From IMG/VR virus record IMGVR_UViG_3300044647_000866: a DNA stretch of 20,000 nucleotides; one strand, written 5' to 3'. The translations under genes and the position numbers were made by a program. The notes below the pieces were generated by a model. That model was not told where the DNA came from. It saw only the letters and a list, made by a program, of their open reading frames with translations, and searched no databases. Source of the stretch: an uncultured virus (IMG/VR IMGVR_UViG_3300044647_000866). Lineage: Duplodnaviria > Heunggongvirae > Uroviricota > Caudoviricetes. Of this stretch, positions 1 to 5,875 are shown piece after piece. Within the stretch, counting starts at the first letter, position 1; each line of letters begins with the position of its first letter.

Positions 1-1642
1 AGTGATGAGGGACTTGGCCAGCACGATCCTCGAAGCGCTTGGCGACCACGAGGACGCCGGCACGGGACGAGTCTCTATCATTGCCGCCCAGCAGATTCCC
101 GAACATGTCGCGACCGCCGCCGTACTGGACGTGGTCGTAGGTGCTGGGTGATCGGAAGCCAACCACCTCACACTCAGCGCCAGCCGTCTCTGCGGCCTGA
201 GCGATCGTCCAAGCAAGTTGGGCGGCGTTCTTGGCGTTCTGTCCGGCCATCGAGCCAGACATGTCGACCATGATGGACACCGAAGTCTCGATGCCCTCGC
301 TGACCCAGCGGCGCTTGAAGACCGACTCGCTACCGCTCAGCATGCGCGGCGCACGGCGGCCATCGAACCGGCCACTGACCGACCCGCTGTCCCAGCCGCA
401 ACGCTCAGGAGCCTTGAGGATCTGGTACAGACGCGATTTCAGCGCCGGCAACACCGTCTTCGACAGCGTACGCGCTGCTCGACGCAGTCCGGCATCGTCC
501 TTCTGCATCGATGTCCAGCGGCGCATTTCACTGCGGCCCGGAGGCGGGGCAGACGCCAACGAGATCGGCACCATCGTGCGCTCACGGATACGCTTGAACA
601 CGTCATCGATGTCAGGCTCAGGCGACTTGCACAACTGTTCGTCGTACTGTTCCTGCCTGTCCTCGTACGGCTCATCGCCGCCGTTGTTGGTGACAGCCTC
701 GCCGTCCTCGCCTTCGTCGTCTCCGGACTCGATAGGCATAGGAGCGCTGTCGGCCTCGCCGGCTTCAGTCGTCTCAGACATCTCAGCCTCAGCCTGAGCG
801 AGTTCAGCAGCATCGCTGTCGCCGTCTTCGGAACCGAACGACTCGTCGGAGTCTCCCGACTCAGAGTCGTCGTCTTCCGACTGTTGTGGCTGTTGTGACT
901 GTTGCTGCTCCCACGGCTGCCGGCTGTCGGCACTCTGGTCGACAGGCTCGATGGCCTTCCAGCCTTCGAGGAACTGCATCGCCAGCCCCAGCGCTTGGCC
1001 AGTGCCGTCGCGATCCAGCGACAGGCTTGGCATCGCGTCAGCGACCGCCTTGTACAGGCTGCGCTTCGGCTCCGGGATTCGGTCGAGCAGTTTCTTGGCG
1101 AAACCGTTGCCGTCACCCAGCGCGGCCCGACTGATCAGCGCGAGCGCGAATGGCGCACTGTTGATCGATGTCGGGTTGAACTTGTCATCGAGTTTGGACG
1201 TGAACTGCGACATCAGTCGCTTGAACCCAGACCGCGCACCGTTTGCGCGACCGGACGCAATCACCGCATGCTCGATGCGACCGTCCTCGATTCCGTTCCA
1301 CAGATTCCGCAGCAGAGAATACTCCGGGCCTGAGTACCGGAGTAGGCTGCTTTGGTCGGTGTACGCGACGTGCCCGACCTCGTGGCTGGTGTAGGCCGCG
1401 ATCAGGTCTGCCTCGATGCGCGACACGAACGAGTTGTCGGGCATGCTGGGGTAGTTGATGCGGTAGGTCATCACCCTGCTACGGTCGGAAGTGAGCGCCC
1501 ACTGGGCGAAGGCAATCTCGCCGCCGAAGGTGACAGTGCCGGCCCCTGAGAACACGGCATCGCTGCCCAGCAGCGCTCGCAGTTGCTTCTGCGAGTGGAC
1601 AAGTGCCGCGGCCTTGACGGTCGCCGATTTAATCTTTTGCAT
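1..1642 (-). CDS. CobT-like protein: N-terminal HExxH metallopeptidase-like domain, acidic linker and C-terminal VWA domain (3' end truncated by the window edge)
   Basis: Missing from the ORF track because it has no stop in the window. ATG at 1642 with GAGGAA RBS at 1648-1653. Manual translation gives MQKIKSATVKAAALVHSQKQ...AAYTSHEVGHVAYTD...NLWNGIEDGRIE..., a D/E/S-rich linker, then VSIMVDMSGSMAG (MIDAS DxSxS motif). It directly follows a MoxR-type ATPase, the usual partner. Confidence 0.88.
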   Translation of the reverse strand, partial: MQKIKSATVKAAALVHSQKQLRALLGSDAVFSGAGTVTFGGEIAFAQWALTSDRSRVMTYRINYPSMPDNSFVSRIEADLIAAYTSHEVGHVAYTDQSSLLRYSGPEYSLLRNLWNGIEDGRIEHAVIASGRANGARSGFKRLMSQFTSKLDDKFNPTSINSAPFALALISRAALGDGNGFAKKLLDRIPEPKRSLYKAVADAMPSLSLDRDGTGQALGLAMQFLEGWKAIEPVDQSADSRQPWEQQQSQQPQQSEDDDSESGDSDESFGSEDGDSDAAELAQAEAEMSETTEAGEADSAPMPIESGDDEGEDGEAVTNNGGDEPYEDRQEQYDEQLCKSPEPDIDDVFKRIRERTMVPISLASAPPPGRSEMRRWTSMQKDDAGLRRAARTLSKTVLPALKSRLYQILKAPERCGWDSGSVSGRFDGRRAPRMLSGSESVFKRRWVSEGIETSVSIMVDMSGSMAGQNAKNAAQLAWTIAQAAETAGAECEVVGFRSPSTYDHVQYGGGRDMFGNLLGGNDRDSSRAGVLVVAKRFEDRAGQVPHH

Positions 1643-1651
1643 GACGATTCC

Positions 1652-2869
1652 TCACGCCGCTTCGGGCGCATTTGGGGAGTTGACATCGACCACGTCGGGC
1701 GTGACGACAGGCGGCGCGAGACCAGCCATCGCGGCCTCGATACCAGCGTCCGACATGTTCGCTTTCCATATCTGCTGCAGGACTTCACGCGATTCAGGCG
1801 ATGCTCGATTGACCATCGTCTGCTCGAATGCCAGTCGCGGCGGCACCTTGTCGGCCAGCGCCTCAGCAAGGTAGAACGCCTCGCGCAGCGTCGGGACATG
1901 GTCGAGTTGGCTAGACTGACCAGCCTGCCGCATGACCGACAGCATGCTCACGATCAGCGTCGACAGGTTGCTGTGGACGCCAGTGCGGCTGCTGATGACC
2001 TGCGCTTCGTCCGCCGATTGCAGGTAACTGAACTCGATCGTGCGAGCGAAGCGGTTGACGAACGCGACGTTCATCTCGCGCACCCCGGCGTACATGCCGG
2101 TGTAGTCGCCGCGACCGTTCGAGTTGTCCGCAGCCATGAACACCACGCCCGGAGCCTTGCGAATCACCTCGCCAGTCTCAGGCACCGTGACCACGCCCTC
2201 CGGCTCCAGCGGCGCATGCAGCGCCGACAGGTACTCAGGTCGAGCGAACGACACCTCGTCGAGCAGGATGACTGCACCGGGGCGCACGAAACCGCGCAGG
2301 ATGATGCCGTGCTGGTAGACGGTCGAGCCGTTCTTGACACGCTCGCCGCCGATGAACTCGTAGCGCTCAGCACCGCTGTCGAACGACACGCGGACGAAGG
2401 CGCGACCAAGGCCAGCGCACAGGTTGCGCACGAACTCCGTCTTGCCGGTGCCGGCAGGGCCAGCCAGCCACACGTTGCGGCCACGGGCAACAGCCGTCAC
2501 AGCAGTGAACAGTTGCTCCGCGTTGAACTTGTACAACGGGTCGAGCGCGGGGGCTGCAGGGTCGTTGTAAACATCGACCTCGTACGCACCGTGCTTGCCG
2601 CGGATGCCGAAGACCTCGCGCAGCGACTTGCGAGCGACCACCTCGACGTTGGGCACCTCGACCGCCGCAGAAGGCGTAGGAGCCGCGATCGGTGCGAGGG
2701 AGCCTGAGATCAGGCCCATCGAGGAAATCGCCTCAGCGACCTTCTCCTGCGGCAGAGCGGCCACTTGCTCGATGAAGTCCTGCTTGGACTTGCGAGCGTA
2801 GTCGCCAGCGGAGCCGGACACCCGGCGAACCAACTCGACGAGTTGGGCCTTGGACATTTGGTTGATCAT
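1652..2869 (-). CDS. CobS/MoxR-family AAA+ ATPase
   Basis: Walker A GPAGTGKT, Walker B ILLDE, 'AADNSNGRG...Y.G...MNVAFVNRF' sensor/arginine-finger region typical of CobS-like phage ATPases. Start reassigned to ATG 2869 (MINQMSK), with a GAGG RBS at 2875-2878. Confidence 0.9.
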   Translation of the reverse strand: MINQMSKAQLVELVRRVSGSAGDYARKSKQDFIEQVAALPQEKVAEAISSMGLISGSLAPIAAPTPSAAVEVPNVEVVARKSLREVFGIRGKHGAYEVDVYNDPAAPALDPLYKFNAEQLFTAVTAVARGRNVWLAGPAGTGKTEFVRNLCAGLGRAFVRVSFDSGAERYEFIGGERVKNGSTVYQHGIILRGFVRPGAVILLDEVSFARPEYLSALHAPLEPEGVVTVPETGEVIRKAPGVVFMAADNSNGRGDYTGMYAGVREMNVAFVNRFARTIEFSYLQSADEAQVISSRTGVHSNLSTLIVSMLSVMRQAGQSSQLDHVPTLREAFYLAEALADKVPPRLAFEQTMVNRASPESREVLQQIWKANMSDAGIEAAMAGLAPPVVTPDVVDVNSPNAPEAA

Positions 2870-2898
2870 GGGAGCCTCACAGTTGTTGTTGATTGTCT

Positions 2899-2961
2899 GA
2901 CCATCGTCAGGCAGCGCATCACGCTGCGACAGGGACGCCTCACGGCGAGCCTGTTTCGGTC
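2899..2961 (-). ncRNA. Type II hammerhead ribozyme (HH-B)
   Basis: Minus strand reads GACC-GAAAC-AGG CUC GCC GUGA GGC GUC CCU-GUC^GCAGCG UGAUG CGCUGC-CUGACGA-U-GGUC. It has the CUGANGA and GAAA core, a GUC cleavage triplet (cut between 2928 and 2927) and stems I, II and III, with one extra U after the CUGACGA core. Confidence 0.88.
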
Positions 2962-3140
2962 TATCGGGCCATCTCCTTGATGCCCTTGATCCGGCCATCG
3001 AAGTGGCCGAGTTGGTAGACGTAGGTGATCTGCGATCGAACGCAGGATTCAGACACCACGTAGCCATCTTTCGATGCCTGCTCGATGTACTTGAACAGTC
3101 GCTCGACAATCCGATCGACTTCTTCGTTTTCGTGTTTCAT
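2961..3140 (-). CDS. Hypothetical protein, 59 aa
   Basis: Missing from the ORF track. MKHENEEVDRIVERLFKYIEQASKDGYVVSESCVRSQITYVYQLGHFDGRIKGIKEMAR*. Strong GAGGAGG RBS at about 3148-3154 and an ATGA overlap with the upstream ORF. Confidence 0.8.
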   Translation of the reverse strand: MKHENEEVDRIVERLFKYIEQASKDGYVVSESCVRSQITYVYQLGHFDGRIKGIKEMAR

Positions 3141-3244
3141 TGCGAATCCTCCTCATCCAGCCAACCGAAAGCGATGTATCCGGCCAGTGCGAACACGGCC
3201 AGTGCGAGCGCCATGCGTGGCGCGTAGAACAGGAATGCGTCCAT
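3137..3244 (-). CDS. Small single-pass membrane protein, 35 aa
   Basis: Missing from the ORF track. MDAFLFYAPRMALALAVFALAGYIAFGWLDEEDSQ*. GAGGTG RBS at 3249-3254; the stop overlaps the next start (ATGA). Confidence 0.7.
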   Translation of the reverse strand: MDAFLFYAPRMALALAVFALAGYIAFGWLDEEDSQ

Positions 3245-3252
3245 CGATCACC

Positions 3253-3507
3253 TCACAGGTCGAACAGCGAGACGCTGGTGGAGCGCACTTCCGACACGAC
3301 TTCGGCGAGTTGCTCGTCGGTCAGAATCTTGCGCACCTTGGTCGAATCGATTCGGCTCGAAGCGCGTTCAGAGACGACGGCGCGGAAGACCTCGCCGCGG
3401 TACTCGCCAGCGCCAGAGTCGCGCAGGATTTTCTTGATGGCCTCAGCCTGCTGGTTGAGGGCGGAGATTTGTGCGTTGAGCGCACCCAGTTGGTCGACGA
3501 TCTGCAT
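3253..3507 (-). CDS. Hypothetical phage protein, 84 aa (N-terminal coiled coil)
   Basis: GAGG RBS at 3512-3515, codon usage matching the operon, tight packing with neighbours. Confidence 0.8.
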   Translation of the reverse strand: MQIVDQLGALNAQISALNQQAEAIKKILRDSGAGEYRGEVFRAVVSERASSRIDSTKVRKILTDEQLAEVVSEVRSTSVSLFDL

Positions 3508-3535
3508 ATAGCCTCACAGTTGTGTTGATGTTGTT

Positions 3536-3587
3536 GGTCTCGTCAGTGGCAGCATCACTGCCAGACCGGCTCACGCCGGTTTCGACC
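3536..3587 (-). ncRNA. Type II hammerhead ribozyme (HH-A)
   Basis: Minus strand reads GGUC-GAAAC-CGGC GUGA GCCG-GUC^UGGCAG UGAUG CUGCCA-CUGACGA-GACC. The core is canonical and all three stems are perfect Watson-Crick. Predicted cut between 3564 and 3563. Loop I UGAUG is complementary to the downstream CAUCA (3530-3526). Confidence 0.95.
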
Positions 3588-3589
3588 TG

Positions 3590-3904
3590 TCAGAAGTTGT
3601 AGTCGTAGAACTTGACCGGCTCGTCGGACAGGCCATAGCGCCGCTTCGCGGCATCCTTCCAGCCGTGCTTGCCAAGGCGGATGCGGACAACGCGACCGTC
3701 CGGGTCGCTCTTGATCAGCCACTGCTGGCTGCTCTGGTTGACCACCGTGCCGAAGAAGCCGCCGGGGACAAAGTCAGGCTTCCACGAGGGGTCGCGCTCA
3801 GCCTTCATGGCGCGTATTTCGAGCGTCTTGTCGCTCACGCGCCGCACGATCTCGAAAGGGTTCACGTCGCTGTAGCCGTAGTGGTTGGCGTAGTTCATGT
3901 TCAT
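3590..3904 (-). CDS. Hypothetical phage protein, ~104 aa
   Basis: Protein-like ORF. A GGAG at 3905-3908 directly abuts ATG 3904, so its spacing fits the second ATG (3898) better. First gene after the leftward promoter. Confidence 0.8.
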   Translation of the reverse strand: MNMNYANHYGYSDVNPFEIVRRVSDKTLEIRAMKAERDPSWKPDFVPGGFFGTVVNQSSQQWLIKSDPDGRVVRIRLGKHGWKDAAKRRYGLSDEPVKFYDYNF

Positions 3905-3925
3905 CTCCAGTTGTTGTTAACAGTT

Positions 3926-3970
3926 GTGACTCAGTGCAGCGTCCTAAGCGAGGGCGCTCTACTCAGTCGC
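3926..3970. other. Long imperfect hairpin in the early leader
   Basis: GTGACTCAGTGCAGCGTCCT-aagcg-AGGGCGCTCTACTCAGTCGC: 20-position arms with two C-C mismatches and three G-T pairs as read on the + strand. Confidence 0.7.
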
Positions 3971-3984
3971 GAGATTGATTCTCC

Positions 3985-4156
3985 GGTTCGTTGGGCATCG
4001 TCAGACTTTCGGGCGGCTGCTGTACTTGCAGGTCATTGCCTTCAACCCTACGGCTTCACCGATGCTTTAGGCCGGACTCCGTCTCAGGGAGCCGCCGGGC
4101 TGCTTGCGCTCATCCGGCACCAGAACCTTTGTTTGGGTGGCCCGTCTGGGAGGCCA
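3985..4156 (-). ncRNA. Putative multi-stem structured RNA of unassigned family in the early leader
   Basis: 5' hairpin UGGCCU/GGGCCA, then a domain closed by GGUUC (4127-4123)/GAACC (3989-3985). It contains GCCGG/CCGGC, GGCUCC-CUGAGAC-GGAGUC and GCAUCG/CGAUGC helices. No credible ORF with an RBS. Confidence 0.6.
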
Positions 4157-4165
4157 GTGGTGCGT

Positions 4166-4194
4166 ATCCTGAACAGTTCCACAGTTGTTGTCAA
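4166..4194 (-). promoter_or_regulatory. Sigma70-like early promoter (leftward)
   Basis: Minus strand TTGACA (4194-4189), 17-bp spacer, CAGGAT (4171-4166). Perfect -35, weaker -10. Predicted TSS near 4159. Confidence 0.7.
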
Positions 4195-4254
4195 CACTTG
4201 TTTCTGACAAATGTCGAAATAGGTGATTTCCCCTAGGAAAATAGGAGTTCCGAG

Positions 4255-4449
4255 ATGATGAAGGGCAAAATGCACGGCAAGAAGCACGGTTCGAAGCACG
4301 GGCGCAGCGAGATGCGAGCGCTGAAGCGTGGCGGTGCGAGCAAGGCTGTTGTGGCCGAAGAGGCCGCGGAGTACGGCATGAAGCATGGCGGCATGGTCGG
4401 CAGCGGCTGCGGTGGATACCGCGGCAAGCAGGACTACGGCAAGCGCTGA
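4255..4449 (+). CDS. Small basic (K/G/H-rich) hypothetical protein
   Basis: AGGAG RBS at 4243-4247; first gene of the rightward operon; stop overlaps the next start (TGATG). Confidence 0.75.
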   Translation: MMKGKMHGKKHGSKHGRSEMRALKRGGASKAVVAEEAAEYGMKHGGMVGSGCGGYRGKQDYGKR

Positions 4450-4598
4450 TGCCCGGACTGTACGAGAACATTTGGAAAAAGCGCCGCCGCATCGCCGCAG
4501 GAAGCGGGGAATCGATGCGCAAGCCCGGAACTAAGAGCGCACCCAGCGCTGCAGACTTCCGGAAGGCCTCTAAGACAGCGAAGCGCGGCAAGAAGTGA
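4449..4598 (+). CDS. Small basic hypothetical protein, 49 aa
   Basis: Missing from the ORF track. MPGLYENIWKKRRRIAAGSGESMRKPGTKSAPSAADFRKASKTAKRGKK*. Overlaps both neighbours. Confidence 0.75.
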   Translation: MPGLYENIWKKRRRIAAGSGESMRKPGTKSAPSAADFRKASKTAKRGKK

Positions 4599-5215
4599 GC
4601 GAGGGTGAGGCAGTGAGTCAGACCAAGCGTGAGGAAAAACGCCGCGCCGCAAGGGAGCGGAAGGACGCGATCCAGCAGCAGGAGTTGTCCATCGAGAGGG
4701 AGAGAGAGCAGGCAGCCTTCAAGGCACTGCAGGAGTCCAGACAGAAGGGAATCATGGGGAGACCCAGTTCCTACACAGACGAGAGGGCAGACGAACTCTG
4801 CACATGGATCGCACAGGGGAACAGCCTGCGCAGTTTCTGCAAGATCCACGGGATGGAAGCCCAGACGGTGTACCGGTGGATGCGGGAGCGCCCCGACTTC
4901 CAGCAACGCTACGCCCGCGCACACGAGGATCGTGCCGACAGTCTGGCCGACGAGATGTGCGACATCGCCGACGAGGTGGCCGCCAACGGGGGCAGCATCG
5001 AGGCCGTACAGGCCGCCCGACTGCGGATCGACACCCGCAAGTGGATTGCCGCCAAGTTGCGACCGGGCAGGTGGGGGGAGGTGCAGGCACCCAAGGCGCA
5101 GACCGCCGTCACGTTCAAGATCGGACTGCCCCTCATGGACAGGGGTGGGGGTGGAATCACAATAGACGCTACCCCTGTTGCTGAGGCGCTCCCAGACGGG
5201 GCAGAGGCGGCCTAA
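4595..5215 (+). CDS. terS: Terminase small subunit (Sf6/P22-like)
   Basis: GRPSSYTDERADELCTWIAQGNSLRSFCK HTH, 'TVYRWM...FQQRYARA' and 'ARLRIDTRKWIAAKL.P' match the Sf6-type TerS pattern. The start may be a downstream GTG. Confidence 0.88.
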   Translation: MSEGEAVSQTKREEKRRAARERKDAIQQQELSIEREREQAAFKALQESRQKGIMGRPSSYTDERADELCTWIAQGNSLRSFCKIHGMEAQTVYRWMRERPDFQQRYARAHEDRADSLADEMCDIADEVAANGGSIEAVQAARLRIDTRKWIAAKLRPGRWGEVQAPKAQTAVTFKIGLPLMDRGGGGITIDATPVAEALPDGAEAA

Positions 5216-5569
5216 TAGCGGATCGCGCACTCCTTTAATGGCATGGCAGACCCCCCTCCGGCCTGCCGTCCAGCGGCGGCATCCGGCCCCCGCCAGCGGC
5301 CCATCGAGCGCGACGGGGGGTGGCTTTGGTTCCACCACACATACCTACTCACACGCACTGGTCGACTCCGGTCGTGACCCCCTGCTGGCCACTGAGCTGC
5401 AGGCCGGGGGGCTATGTTGGCCGGCTACAAAATTTTTTTGCGGCTGCCCTTTAGGCGGTCGATGTACCCAATCGGTCACTGGGCACCCTCCTCATCGCCC
5501 AAAGTCAGGTCGCCTCCCCTGACGGTAGTGACGCGGGATGTCGTAACCCGCACTTACTAGGGGGTTCGC

Positions 5570-5872
5570 ATGATTCCGAAAGAGTTCTCGATCATGGGCT
5601 GCACGGTGACTGTCGAGATCCTCAGTGACGAGGAGTGGCAGCACGAGGGGGCGGTCGGGTTGTATGACCCGTCCCGTCACAGCATCAAGCTGTTGAAGTC
5701 AAATCAGCAGATGATGGAACACACGTACTTTCATGAGCTGGTGCATTGCATCCTGCATACGATCGGCAGAACAAAGCTGTCTGATGATGAGGAGCTGGTG
5801 GACATGGTCGCAGGACTGTTACATCAGTCTGTTAAGACAGCTGTGTATCCGAACAACAAAAAGGGCAAATGA
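5570..5872 (+). CDS. Small HExxH zinc-metallopeptidase-like protein
   Basis: 'GLYDPSRHSIKL...HTYFHELVHCIL...EELVD' is a minimal zincin pattern (HExxH plus a downstream E). Confidence 0.75.
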   Translation: MIPKEFSIMGCTVTVEILSDEEWQHEGAVGLYDPSRHSIKLLKSNQQMMEHTYFHELVHCILHTIGRTKLSDDEELVDMVAGLLHQSVKTAVYPNNKKGK

Positions 5873-5875
5873 GGC

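Noticed and set aside
640..910. Short tandem-like repeats (ctcagc, ctgttgtg, tcgccg)
   Set aside because: Explained by the low-complexity E/D/Q/S linker of the VWA protein.
218..2707. Long plus-strand ORFs (218-898, 902-1333, 1583-2707)
   Set aside because: Antisense shadows of high-GC minus-strand genes that carry clear motifs.
2870..3109. 80-codon N-terminal extension of the AAA+ ORF in the ORF track (start 3109)
   Set aside because: It overlaps a better 59-aa ORF in another frame and runs through hammerhead HH-B. A good RBS precedes ATG 2869.
3995..4012. CCGAAAGUCUGACGAUGC on the minus strand resembling a third hammerhead core
   Set aside because: GAAA and CUGACGA are only 2 nt apart, leaving no room for stems III and I or a cleavage triplet. 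It is treated as part of the larger leader structure.
2867..4190. Repeated CAGTTGT(TG) units as a CRISPR array
   Set aside because: The repeats are too short, irregularly spaced and separated by genes, and there are no cas genes.
4067..5338. 423-aa minus-strand ORF
   Set aside because: Antisense to terS and the small basic genes, with no recognisable motifs.
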